Of a stretch of 64,000 nt of DNA, positions 1 to 15,319 are shown one piece after another (the stretch's first letter is position 1; each line of letters begins with the position of its first letter). Position numbers and translations under genes: made by a program. The notes beneath the pieces were generated by a model. That model did no database searches. It saw nothing but the letters and a program-made list of their open reading frames with translations, and was not told the DNA's origin. The stretch lies in NCBI RefSeq assembly GCF_009914755.1, contig NC_060930.1; one strand, written 5' to 3'. Source of the DNA: the human T2T-CHM13v2.0 reference genome, Homo sapiens.

Positions 1-154
1 TTGGGTTGGTTCCACGTTTTTGCAATTGTGAATTGTGCTGCTATAAACCTGCGTGTGCAAGTATCTTTTTCGTATCATGACTTATTTTCCTCTGAGTAGA
101 TACCCCGTAGTGGGATTGCTGGATCAAATGGTAGGTCTCATTTTAGTTCTTTAA

Positions 155-574
<420 letters not shown>

Positions 575-745
575 CTATTTTTAAATTTTTTTTATTATGG
601 CTATTCTTAAAGGAGTAAGGTGGTATCACATTGTAGTTTTGATTTGCATTTCCCTGATAATTAGGGTTGTTGAGCATTTTTCACACTTTTGTTGGCCATT
701 TGTATATCTTCTTTTGAGAATTGTCTATTCATGTCCGTAGCCCAC

Positions 746-1022
746 TTTTTTCTTTTTTTTCTTTTTTTTTTTTTTTTTTTTTTTTGCAGTTGCAAGATTT
801 AATAGAGTGAAAACAGAGCTCCCATACAAGGGGAGGGGACCCAAAGTGGGTTGCCGTTGCTGGCTCGAATGCCTGGGTTTATATACTGATCAATGTCCCT
901 CCCCCTGTGCTCTCAGGCAACAGATGATTGGCTATTTCTTCACCTCCTGTTTTTGCCTAATTAGCATTTTAGTGAACTCTCCTTACCATCTGATTTGTCG
1001 GGTGTGAGCTAAGTTGCAAGCC
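746..1022 (-). mobile_element. HERV-W LTR17 fragment (partial U3 plus R) with poly(A) tail; processed retrocopy
   Basis: The reverse complement reads GGCTTGCAACTTAGCTCACACCCGAC...GCTAATTAGGCAAAAACAGGAGG...TATAAACCCAGGCATTCGAGCC...ATTAAATCTTGCAACTGC, then an A-rich tail of about 40 nt (746-785). This matches recalled LTR17 U3-R; there is no U5. Confidence 0.9.
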
Positions 1023-2777
1023 GCTTGCTGATTTGTTTGAGTTCGTTGTAGATTCTGGATATTAGCCCTTTCTTTGTCAGATGTATAGATTGTGAAGATT
1101 TTCTCCCACTCTATGGGTTGTCTGTTTACTCTGCTGACTGTTCTTTTTGCTGTGCAGAAGCTCTTTAGTTTAATTAAGTCCCAGATATTTATCTTTGTTT
1201 TTACTGCATTTGCTTTTTGGTGCCTCTTCATGAAATCCTTGCCTAAGCCAAAGTCTAATACGGTTTTTCCAATGTCATCTTCTAGAATTTTTATAGTTTC
1301 AGGTCTTAGATTTAAGTCTTTAATTCATCTTCAGTTGATTTTTTATAAGGTGAGAGATGAGGATCCAGTTTCCTTCTCCTACATGTGGCTAGCCAATTAT
1401 CCCAGCATCATTTGTTGAAAAGGGTGTCCTTCACCACTTTGTTTTTGTTTGCTTTGTCAAAGATTAGTTGGCTGTAGGTATTTGGGTTTATTTCTGGGTT
1501 CTCTGTTGTGTTCCATTTGTCTATGTGCCTATTTTTATACCAGTACCATGCTGTTTTGGTGACTATGGCCTTATAGTATAGTTTGAAATCAGGTAATGTG
1601 ATGCCTCCAGATTGGTTCTTTTTGCTTAGTTTTGCTTTGGCTATGTGAGCTCTTTTTTGGTTCCATATGAATTTTAGAATTGTTTTTTCTAACTCTGTGA
1701 AGAATGATGGTGGTATTTTGATGGGAATTGCAATGAATTTGTAGATTGCTTTTGGCAGTATGGTCATTTTCACAATATCAATTCTACCCATCCATTAGCA
1801 TGGGACAGGTTTCCATCTATGTCATCTGTGATTTCTTTCAGCAGTGTTTTGTAGTTTTCTTTATAGAGATCTTTTGCCTCCTTTGTTAGGTATATACCTA
1901 AGTATTTCTTTCTTTCTTTTTTTTTTTTTTCTTTTTTGCAGCTATTGTTAAAGGGGTTGAGTTCTTGATTTGATTCTCAGCTTGGTTGTTATTGGTCTAT
2001 AGAAGAGCTACTGATTTGTGTACATTAATTTTGTATCCAGAAACTTTGCTGAATTCTTTTATCAGTTCTAGGAGCTTTCTGGAGGGATCTTTAGGGTTTT
2101 CTAAGTAAACAATTATATCCTCAGCAAACAGCAACAGTTTGACTTCCTCTTTACCAGTTTGGATGCCCTTTATTTCTTTCTTTTGTCTGATTGCTCTGGC
2201 TAGGACTTCTAGGACTATGTTGAAGAGGAGTGGTGAGGGTGAGCATCCTTGTATTGTTCCAGTTGAAACGGCTTTCACCTTTTCCCATTCAGTATTATAT
2301 TGGCTGTGGGTTTGTCATAGACGGCATTTATTACATTGAGGTATGACCCTTGTATGCTGATTTTGCTGAGAGTTTTAAACATAAAGTGATGCTGGATTTT
2401 GTCAAATGCTTTCTCTGCATCTATTGAGATAATCAGGTGATTTTTGTTTTTAATTCTGTTTATGTGGTGTATTATATTTATTGACTTGCATATGTTAAAG
2501 GATCCCTTCATTCCTGGTATAAAGCCCACTTGATCATGGTGGATTATCTTTTTGATATGTTGTCAGATTCAGTTAGCTAGTATTTTGATAAAATTTTTTT
2601 GCATATAGGGATATTGGTCTGTAGTTTTCTTTTTTGGTTATGTTCTTTCCTGGTTTTGGTATTTGGGTGATATTAGCTTCATAAAATGATTTAGGGAGGG
2701 TTCCCTCTTTCTCTATTTTGTGAAATAGCATCAGTAGGATTGGTACCAATTCTTCTTTGAATGTCTGATAAGATTTT

Positions 2778-3153
<376 letters not shown>

Positions 3154-3429
3154 TGTTGTTGGTACATTTTTAATTACCATTTCAACCTCGTTGCTTGTTA
3201 TTGGTCTGTTCGGGGTATCTAATTCTTTCTGATTTTAGCTAGGAGGGTTGTATCTTTCCAGGAATTTATCCATCTCTGAGCATGTGGATATTCAATCTCA
3301 TAGACAGGGCAACTGCTTTCCAAAATGGCATTCATAGAGTTTCACTAGACTCTATGAATTCTAAGTTCTAAGTTCATAGAACTTTCGCTAGAGTTGCTGT
3401 GGCTCTAAACCCTTGCTGACGATTAGTAT

Positions 3430-3720
3430 TTTCAGAATTTTTAGTTCTTTCCTGTCTCCTGTGTAAGGCTATCTCATTGTAGTTTTAGTTTGCATTTTCC
3501 TGATGACTAATAAATTTGAGCCACTTTTTCATGTTTGTTGACCATCTGAATTTCCTCTTTGGTTTTGTGCCTGTCTAATAAGCCCCTTTTCTTATTGGGT
3601 TATTTCTTTTCCATATTAATCTGGTTAAGTTCTTTCTGTATATTTGAAATCCTAGTCATTTGTCAGTATACGTGTTGCAACTGTCTTCGCCCACCTGATG
3701 CTTGTCTTTTCACCCATTTT
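3430..3720 (-). mobile_element. Old L1M fragment
   Basis: tatctcattgtagttttagtttgcattttcctgatgactaat is typical of the antisense L1 ORF2 3' region. Confidence 0.7.
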
Positions 3721-3809
3721 ACAGTGTGCTGTACACATCTGTTCCTCTAATTGAGTTCTGTGCTTACAAACTGAGAACTGTGTTTGTCCACAAGCCCATT
3801 GAAGTGGGT

Positions 3810-4270
3810 GGTGAATGTTATTGTCATTTCCATAATAACTTGAATGCTTTGGGAAAACTTTATAAAGCTTAGTTGTTTAAACTCTTATATAAACTGATAG
3901 TGATATAGATATAGATTTGATATAGATATGGAATTAGGTGGGGCAATGCAATTATGAAAGAATTGGGCTTGGGGAAGGGTCAGGAAACCTAGAAGGAATC
4001 TGCATTCATTGTTCTTCTTAAGTGTCTCTAAGATCTCTAAGATTTCTAACAAATTCTATGTTAAAGACTCTGAAACTGGAATTTGTAAATGATGTACTTT
4101 GAGTGTGGTTTATGTAAGAAAGACCATGCTGAATTCTCAGCAAACCTAAGTACGAAGAAAGAATCTGATGATTGGTGAATAAATAGAGTATAGAAGCATC
4201 ATTCTAGTAATTTCCCACTTTAATTTTTCAAATTAATTATTCAATGATTAGTTTCACTCATATCAAACAA
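3810..4270 (+). mobile_element. Tigger15a-like DNA transposon fragment
   Basis: ttgaatgctttgggaaaact...gaattaggtggggc...ctagaaggaatctgca...aaactggaatttgtaaatgatg...gtgtggtttatg resembles the recalled Tigger15a consensus. Confidence 0.65.
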
Positions 4271-4353
4271 GAGGGCTATATGCCAGCACAAATTATGATT
4301 TACAATTATTTCTTATACTAAATTTAACATGTTAAGATACATAAACATCCTAG

Positions 4354-5305
<952 letters not shown>

Positions 5306-5449
5306 TCCAGTATTTGCTTTTAACGTGAAGATTGTACAGCATCAGAATGTTTGTAAACCCCCGTCTCACAGGATCCAGCCATATAGGCCGTATTGCCTCT
5401 CAATATTGTCTTAGAAACGAATCTTGGATCCTAGAGCAATCTGACAGCA

Positions 5450-5555
5450 AGTCGGAAGGGATTCTAGAGGTCATCTAGCCCAACCTCATCGTCTTATCAA
5501 AGAGGATGTGGCAGCCCAGAGAAGTGATGCGACTTGCCCATGGCCACACAGTCTG
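5450..5555 (-). mobile_element. MIR3/MIRc fragment
   Basis: ggaagggattctagaggtcatctagcccaacc...cagagaagtgatgcgacttgcccatggccacacag. Confidence 0.65.
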
Positions 5556-5982
5556 TCGGGAAGAGAACCAGGGCAGAGCCTGGGCCACAGCCAATACTGT
5601 GTCCACAAGACCACAGAATATATGCCAGAAAAAGCAGGTGCTCAAATCCCTGAAATCACAACGGACATGTGGCCCCCTAAGAAGGAAGTGCTCTGGATTG
5701 AGTTCACCCTCTCCCTGCACGGTTGCAAGGGTAGGGCCTGCCCCACTGCACAAGCCCTGGGTGCTGGGCCTGACAGATGCTCTAATGGCCTCATGAGCCA
5801 CCACACCCTAGGTCCGGCCTACCTTGCCTGGTGCCAGCCAGTCAGTTCACACCAGGGAGGCCAGGCCCAGCTGCACACAAGCCTGCTTCCTTATTGTCCT
5901 TTAGGGCGTCTCCTGTGATGCCTGCTCTGCCTGCTGGTCTGTGTTATTCTTGTCAATGGCCCATCCTTTCCTACCGAGTCTG

Positions 5983-5984
<2 letters not shown>

Positions 5985-6021
<37 letters not shown>
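5985..6021. repeat. (CA)n microsatellite
   Basis: About 18 uninterrupted CA units. Confidence 0.98.
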
Positions 6022-6022
<1 letters not shown>

Positions 6023-6689
6023 CAGCTTCTGGAAGGCTTGCCATGTCTTCATCACCTGTCTCAGGATGGGCTGAGCTGTTGACAAAATGCAAAATAAGTG
6101 AGTTCTCTTTCTTCTCCCTTTTAATTTTCTTTCCTCCACACTTTGGCTGCCTTCTCCAAATTCCCAAAACTCTGAGGTAGTCCTCAGGATACCAGGAGCT
6201 TCTCACCACAGCATTCAACCTCAGCCACATGACCTCTATGGGCAGGAATTTTCTCTCCAAACTTGCCCTTCAGAAACTGAAACATTCTTTGTCTTTCTTG
6301 CTCTCAGTCAGTTGCCATATTGGAAAGCAGACCAATACAAATTTTTTTTCCCAGTGACAGTAATGAAACTATCTCACACATTGTCAGACGGACTTTGTTG
6401 TACAAAAATCAATTTCTTGTCCATTATCTCAAATGATCCCAACCTCAGTACTGTAGAAATATGTGAGGAAAAGATGAAACTCATCATTTCATTGACAAGA
6501 ACACTGGTGTGCACTGGGCCCAAGAGCATGGAATTAAGACTCTAGGCCTCAGAGGACTTTCATGCTGTATTACGGAGTTCTACAAGGGATCACGCCAGAC
6601 AACAGGCAAATGGACAAATCATCATGGATTCTAAACACTTCAGCACAGGACTCTTGGGGATGGCATAGTTTGGGAAAGGAGTGGCTCTT

Positions 6690-6807
6690 CAAGGAACCTT
6701 GCTGAGCCTCAGCTTTCTCAACTGAAGATGAGGCCAGCATCACCCCCAGGAGCATCACGAGGGTCGGTGGAGCCCAGGGTGAGGTACACTGGGGACCTGC
6801 AAGAAAC
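6690..6807 (+). repeat. 118-bp local direct repeat, copy 1
   Basis: Ungapped match to 7395-7512 with 17 mismatches by manual count. Confidence 0.9.
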
Positions 6808-7394
6808 TGGGAACTGCATGGATTTGGGAGGACTCATTGGGGCACAATAGGAGGGTCTCTTCTGTAAGGTCTTTCAAATCCCACCAAAATACTGGATGCC
6901 TAAGACTTGGAACGTCAGAGCCTTACCTTAGGGCAACAGCCTCTTGCGGAAGTACCTGGGCCCTGAGCCGGGTGGATTCCAGTTCCCCTGTAACAGCCTA
7001 GATGAGGGGCCAGGGGTTGAGGAAGGTGCAGGCCACAGCTGCAGAACGAGTGCTGTTGGGGTGTGTATGCTCCTGCAGGCTGAGGCTGTGTGCCACCCAT
7101 GCAGGTGCTGCCCATGCTCCTCCCTGTGAATGCGCAAAGCAGAGGAGGCTGCAACTGTTAGAAGATGCGAAGGAGGTGGGGGAAGTTACATCTCCTCTCC
7201 CACCTCTAGAAATCCTCTTCCAAATGCACCAGAATGCAGAGATGGAGGTGAGGACTCCAGTGTGACCTGCGGGGCCCAGGCACAGCTGCCTTTCTCAGCA
7301 GCGGTGGCTTTTCCATCAGCAAGGCACTGGATGCTCTGGGGAAGGAGGTGTGCATGGCTTTATTTTAAACCACTGCCCTGCCCCTCCCTAGTTA

Positions 7395-7512
7395 CAAGGA
7401 AACTTGCTGAGTCTCAGCTTTCTCAACTGAAGATGAGGCTAACGTCATCCATGGCAGCGTAATGAGGGCCGGTGGAGCCCAGGGTGAGGTGCACTGGAGA
7501 CCTTCAAGAAAC
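7395..7512 (+). repeat. 118-bp local direct repeat, copy 2
   Basis: Matches 6690-6807 at an offset of 705 bp. Confidence 0.9.
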
Positions 7513-7679
7513 ACTTCTTTGAGAAGACTGTTCAGGAGCCTGGTAGGTTGCCTGGATTCAAGCAAAGGGCTCTGTGGGTGGGGTAACAACATCGCTCGCT
7601 AACAGATGAATGGGGAGTCCTTTTTCTAATTAACCTCCAGGCAACACTCAAGTTGTGTTTTCAATCCAAGCTATACAAT

Positions 7680-7790
7680 ATAATACCTGGGGTGTCTGAA
7701 GCCCTCCCCCAGAGATTCTGATGCAATCATCAGTGGAAGTCCCAGCATGGGGACAGTGAAAGCTTCCCCAGTGGCTCTAACATGCAGCTG
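7680..7790. mobile_element. MER5-type hAT-Charlie fragment
   Basis: ccctcccccagagattctgat...ccccagtggctctaacatgcagc. Confidence 0.6.
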
Positions 7791-8159
7791 ACAGCGAGGA
7801 CTCCTGTCCAGTAGGAATGGCATACAGCGGGCATGTTTTGAAGGACAGACCATGCTTGCAGGCTCTAGGTGGGATACAAGAAGGAGAGTTTGGCCGGGGA
7901 GGAGGCAGGATGAGGGCGCTGGGGCACCTTGAGGGGAAGGAGGTGGCAGACAAAAGCCCAGGGACACCCAGGCCTACTTCCCCACAGCCTTGCTGCGCTC
8001 TTAATGATAGGGGATCTGGGGTTTGAGTGTCCATGAAAGAAAGGACTAAAGGGATGGGCTAACATCCTTCTTATAATACAAAAGTGTGCCATGGATGCAC
8101 ACATATTTTGCTGCTGCCACGTGAGATTAAAGAATTGTTCTGTATTTTGCATTTCTGCG

Positions 8160-8300
8160 GCACACTTGCAGTTTACAAAGTGCTTTCACAACACTTATCT
8201 CATTGGAATCCTCCAGGAGCCCTGGGAGGGGCAGGGCACCCACCGGCGTCTCCATGTTTCACAGATGAGGAAACAGGCTCAGAAGATTACGTGAGGTGCC
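8160..8300 (-). mobile_element. MIR
   Basis: acaaagtgctttcacaac...atctcattggaatcctc...tttcacagatgaggaaacaggctcag (MIR core). Confidence 0.8.
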
Positions 8301-8974
8301 TGGTTCTGGGAGGGTGCTGAGGCAGAGCCGGGCTGGAATTTGGCCTTCACAAGGCCAAAGTGCTCCTGAGATCTCCTCTGGGGGACTATGAGTCATGGTG
8401 GTTTCTACCAAAACTCCGGCCGCAGCACAACCATGTTCATACACGAAGTTGAGAAATTTGGCCCAGCTCTTCCCTGTTTGCCCAGGACTTCCCAGTTTTT
8501 GCAGGGGAAGTCCCATGTCTCAGGAAACCCCTCTATCTTGGGCAAACCCAGATCTATTCCTTACAGGAACAGAATATATTCAACTATTTGATATCTTTGA
8601 ACACATACACATACCAAAATGTGTTTCCTGGTAAATGATTCAGATACTCCAAGGCATATCGAGAGTTTCCAAATGAACTCAATATTTAGACAAATCTTTC
8701 CTTGGTAATGTGACCTATTTATAAAGAATACAGTGAAAACAATGGAAGATTATTGGATTAATGGAACATTTTGTTGTGCCTCTGTGCATTTTATTTTTAT
8801 ATTTTGTCCTATTTTGATATTTTATTTACAAATAAAATGATGATATCCACATTTGACTGATTTATCAGTTGTATTTTAATTGTAAAAATGGAAAGATTCT
8901 GCTATTGTGTATCTCTTGGTTAAACCCTCTGTGGGAAGCTGGCCTGTTTGGGCTATGAGAGCCATAAGTGGAGA

Positions 8975-9840
<866 letters not shown>

Positions 9841-9968
9841 GCCTAAAGGTTTTATCATGTATCTGGTTAGTGAATCCTAATTATTAATAAATTTTCAATT
9901 TTGGGGACAGCATTTCCCAAGCCCTGTTCATTGGAGTCCCACTTTTAGGAAACGTTAAAAACTGTCTG

Positions 9969-10409
9969 CTGTAGGTTGAATCTGTGTCCTCCCAAAACAT
10001 ATGGTGACATCCCAACCCCTGGTACCTGTGATTGTGACCACATTTGCCAATAGGGTGTTTGCAGATGTAATGAAGGTAAAGTGAGGTCATAATAGATTTG
10101 GTTGGGCCTTGATCTAATAGGATTGGTGATTTTATAAGAGAGAAGAGGAGACACAGAGGCATGCAGGGAGAGCATACCTGATTGTGAAGGCAGAGGCTGG
10201 AGTGACGCTGATGCACCACGGAACCCCACGGATTGTTGGCAACAGCAGAAGTAAAGGCAAGGGCATGGAGCTGACCCCCTCCCTAGAACCTGCAGACAGC
10301 ATGGCCCCACCAACACCTCGATTTCAGACTTCCAGCCTCCAAAACCGTGAAAAAATAAATTTCTGTTGTTTTGAGTCACCCAATTTGTGGCACTAGGAGA
10401 CTAATACAG
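9969..10409 (+). mobile_element. MLT1C-type MaLR solo LTR
   Basis: Starts tgtaggttgaat; contains aataaatttctgttgtttt; ends ctaataca. Confidence 0.85.
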
Positions 10410-11482
10410 TATTTAAAAAAAAAACAACAAGATGATTTGCAGTTAAAACATTTGGGAATCCATGAGCATTGAGTTTCCCTTTTGGAAACAGACATACACA
10501 ATGTACCCTGGACTATCAGAGATTCTAAGGAAAACTCATAGTAAAGTGCTAGTTTGACCTACAGTGCACTCCAAGTTTGTGTAGCCAAAAAATACCTTGT
10601 TTGTGGCACAGCTAAATAGTGATGTTCAGTGGAGCACTAGGTGTCCCAGGAGTACAAAAACCAACAATCAAATGTATAAAGGGATTGAAGACTTTATGGA
10701 AAAGTGTGGGGAAACGGTGCCCTGGCACCACTAGCGTCCCAGAACCACAGCATGCCAGGACAGACAGAAGCCTCAGACCTCAGTTCATTTCTGCCACTCA
10801 TTTTTGCACTCAGGAAACTGAGGCCTAGCTTAAAAAGCGTGTTGGCCAAAACACAAACACAGCACTAATGGTTGCATAACTGGAAGAAAAATTTATTATT
10901 AGATACTCAATTCTTCACTCAGAGTCACATGAATTTATTTCTGAATAAGCCCATCCTATAGAATTATAAACCCACACTACCTAAAAGCTGGGTTCTACCT
11001 TCCCCACAATTGAACTGAATTCCTACTCCTGCAATTGGCTTTTTAAAATTATGCATGGAGCCCGCTAGGGGAGGAATCTGAGGCCAATACATGCTCCAGC
11101 GAAGTGACAGCTCCTCAACGGCTCCCTCCAGGAGACAAGCAACCTGCCCTCAGTGCTCAGCCTGCCTGCTGGAACCCGAGACCTCTGCACTGCAGGTGCA
11201 GCACGCGTTGCTGATGCCACGCAAGTGTAGAAGGGGGTCTGTAGGAAGACCACCAGCTCTAGGGACTGCAGGGGTGGGGCCTGAGTGGGTTAGGTCACCT
11301 GGGACTGGGATGCTTGTGATTGGTCAAGGGAGTGCTGATCCTTGGAGAACTTACAAAAAAGGGAGGCAAACGAAATAGGGCAGGGGATGGGTCACTCCGA
11401 GACACTTGCTTCTCACCCCAATATCCTTACGTAAACTTTAACTTTGCTTATACATTTGCCTGATTTCCGTTTTTAAGCCACT

Positions 11483-11690
11483 CAGTGCCTCTTTGGAGCC
11501 AACTCACACAGGCTCTAAAGAGAAGAGTATCAAACACCCAGAAATTTTGCAAGCCAGTTGTTAAGCTATTGGCAATTTGAAATTGGCCACAGTGGGAGTA
11601 TTTTTTACACCACAGATATTGGCAAATGTTACAAATCAGGGTTGCTGAAGGATTTTGGTCCATAGAGCTGACTTTCCACTGCACCAAGTC
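11483..11690 (+). mobile_element. MER63A-like (hAT-Blackjack)
   Basis: ttgaaattggccacagtgggagtattttttacaccacag...caaatgttacaaatcaggg. Confidence 0.7.
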
Positions 11691-12389
11691 ATTCTCCATT
11701 GACTTTGCTTTCCTCCAGCATGGTCTGACACGTTCCTGCCGGGATTGTGGGCAGCTGCCCCTTGCTGTCTTTCTAACATTAGCCCATGCATCTGTAATCT
11801 TTCTGTGGGAACCACTGTTCTTCTGCCCTGCCCTTTTGTAAACTCTCCCCACTTGGAACGCAAAGTGAAAATGAAGCCCTCGCTGCCAGAAACAGGGACA
11901 CAGAGAAACACCTTGGAAACACTGCTCCTCCCAGTCGGCAGCACCAAAGGCTTCACAGCTCCATGTAATTTCACGCTCAACATCAAGTGATTCACAATAG
12001 CACCTTGTAACCAGAAAAGGCACAAAGCGCCATCCTCATTGCTCTGCTGTCTGCAGGAAGCAGGAGGCTCTATCTTCCAGCATTGGTGGCCGCGGCCCTT
12101 GTGCCAGGCTGCCTGCACTTGGAGCTCATCCATCCCTGGTAGGAGCACCCGGACTCCACTCCAGATGGTGGGAAGCCTGGCCAGTGGAGCGAGTTACCAG
12201 CTTCCGCCGAGTGGTGAGAACGAATGACTCTAATGTGTGTTTCCTTGGCGGCTTGACTTGCTGCTCCTTCATTCTTGACATTCGGCCAAGATCCCTCCTG
12301 ATTTTCTAATGATCCCCCTGTAACAGCCTTGGAAATCTCCCACTCACCAGAACTCATGCAAACGTATGCCAGATGAACAGAAAAAGAAT

Positions 12390-12720
12390 ATGATCTAATT
12401 GTTTTTTCAGGCAAAATGTGCAGTAACCAAGAGCAGGTTAGACCTGTTGAAAATTCTTATAGGCTGGTCATTTGTGAGTCATACTTACATGACCCTGAAT
12501 TGCCTTGCTTGGGGTTAATTGCATGGTTTGGCCAGCTGCCTCTATAATTGGCTCGATTTGGTTACAGAAGCCACTAAAACAATGATCTGAGGTCACTGGC
12601 TGTTTCAGACCAAGGGGCAGCAAAATTGAAAGCAAAGCGACCAGCCAAATTAACCAATAAAAAGACCAATTTGACGCTACACGGGAAATATAACCTTATA
12701 TAAATCTGGGGAGAGCAATT
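12390..12720. promoter_or_regulatory. Candidate enhancer in unique sequence
   Basis: Perfect AP-1 TGAGTCA at 12475-12481, three TAATTG homeodomain cores, a SOX-like AACAATG, and no recognisable repeat. Confidence 0.4.
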
Positions 12721-14221
12721 AGTTTGAAACATTTGCAATTGTTGATATTTGACTGTTTTAATCTTTTAAAAACGGCAATTTTAAACAGCTCAGCCAAATA
12801 GTCCCCTTGGTTCTCAAGCAATCACTACTCTAACATTTCAGAATTGTCTGGGCTGGGGCTGGGGAGAAGTCAGCAGGAGAAAGAAACACATCTCTCACCA
12901 TGCTTCCTGTGGTTCTGACACCTTCTTCTCAAGTACAGTTTAGTGGAAAGAGCCCTGGTTTAAGACTCAGGAGACCTAATTTTAGCCCCAATTGACTTCC
13001 TATAGGGCCTTCGACAAGCCATTTCTCCTTTAAGTCTCGTTCTGTTCAACTGAAACAATATCATAAACATTCTCGTGATGCCGAAATGAACTGACGGATG
13101 GGAACATGCTTTTTTAAAGTGAAAATTATTACACAGATAATTCATAAAGGCTACACACATTATAGTTATCAACTCCTATTGATATGTGAGTGTGTATACT
13201 CCCGCAGGAGAGAATAAACTTTGAATGCAACCATAACTTATTACCCCTTTGTTCCAGTGTCACTTCTGATAGCAAACAATGCCAAAACAGTAACAAATTG
13301 CCATTGTATTTTCCATTAGTCATCAGAGTATAAAAGATTTGATAAATAGCGAGAAAACACATTGGCTCTTTCGGGTGGGAAATCCGTGTTATTGACAGTA
13401 GCAAATTACATGTCTTTGAAAAAGATGGTGTCACGGTTCTTAGAGATTATTTGCATTGCTACTGAGACATAAGAAAACCTCAAGGAGCTTTTAAAGGCCG
13501 TGTCTGTGAGATGAATGGTCTGGTGTCCTCACCCAGCCCCCCTTGTTCCAGCATTCGTGTGACACTGCCGGGCAGCTGCCTTGGCATGAGCCTTCTCTGT
13601 CCAAGAACAGACTGCCAGGCCTGAACACGGAGAGGAGGAACAGCCTCTGGGGTATTCCCTGACTTTGGGGAGGCACGATGACCAGGCTGGGGCCTGTGCT
13701 TTGGGGGAAAGCACACAAGGAGATCGAGGGTGTTTTTTCTGTGTCCTCTGCTCCTGTCCTTGCCATTGCCTCTGCGCAGCTGCCTCCTGTTCTTTCACTC
13801 CGGTGACAGCCCGGGCAGATGCCTCCCTCCAGAGCCGCTGCCAGCCCTACTCCATGGACAGCTGTCGCCACGGCCCCAGGAGAGCAGCGTGACCACCGGC
13901 ACCAGCCATGAGGAGGGCACATCTGCAGAGAATCCCCTACCCCTGGCTGCGGGCCTGAGGGCTCAGCGCCCTACTGTACAGGACGTTCCCAGCTGGCGCC
14001 ACTTAACACGAGCCTCTTCTTCACTTGGTTTTTCACCTCTGAGATGTTCCGCTCTGCTGCAAGCAATAGGGTGTTTCACAGATCCATACTTGTCTTTACA
14101 ATTTCCAGGCTTAGGAAATATTTTTAAATTTTATTGATGACCTTTCCAAAGTTTAAATGAGTTAGCCCTTGGATGTTAAGAGGAAATAGTATTTTAAAGA
14201 CAAAGTAAAAGAATGCCAAAT

Positions 14222-14810
<589 letters not shown>

Positions 14811-15319
14811 ATACCAAATCAAGAAGTGCTAAAGTTCATGGAATTACCTATATCAGAGGTGGTGGGAGTCAGGAGTATGGAAAAGAACCCTTCAAATGAA
14901 AAGGTTCATGATTATCGAAAACAGCTTGTCCTGTTTTTACCAACTGGAAACTTTCTCTAGGAAAGCAGCTATTCCTAATGGCATTTCTAAAATTATGCAA
15001 ACACAAAACCAAAAAGAAGGCAGGCACCCAGTAAAGTTATCTAAGACTTTGGTGGGAAAATAAATAAATAAACCTGCCGCCTCACGGTTGTTTCTCCTCA
15101 CCTACAAGGCTTTGATTTCTGAGATGGGGCCTGAAGCAGGAATTCCTCACACAATGGATGCTCAATTTGTCACAGGATGTGCCTCTCCACTCTCATACCA
15201 GATAAAAGGTTAGCCTGGTTTTTCATCTAGCTGTGTCTCCCTCAGAATCAAAACTATCGTCCTCCTCAGTGCTGGATCGAGTCCTTTCATCTTTAATTTG
15301 ACCAAAATGGAAACCAGGA

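Noticed and set aside
983-2529. ORFs with reverse-transcriptase similarity
   Set aside because: Fragments of a dead L1 ORF2 with stops and frameshifts; not a gene.
11448-12023. Longest ORF in the track (191 aa, minus strand)
   Set aside because: Non-ATG start, runs through a MER63A remnant, no recognisable domain, and overlapped by ORFs of similar size in other frames.
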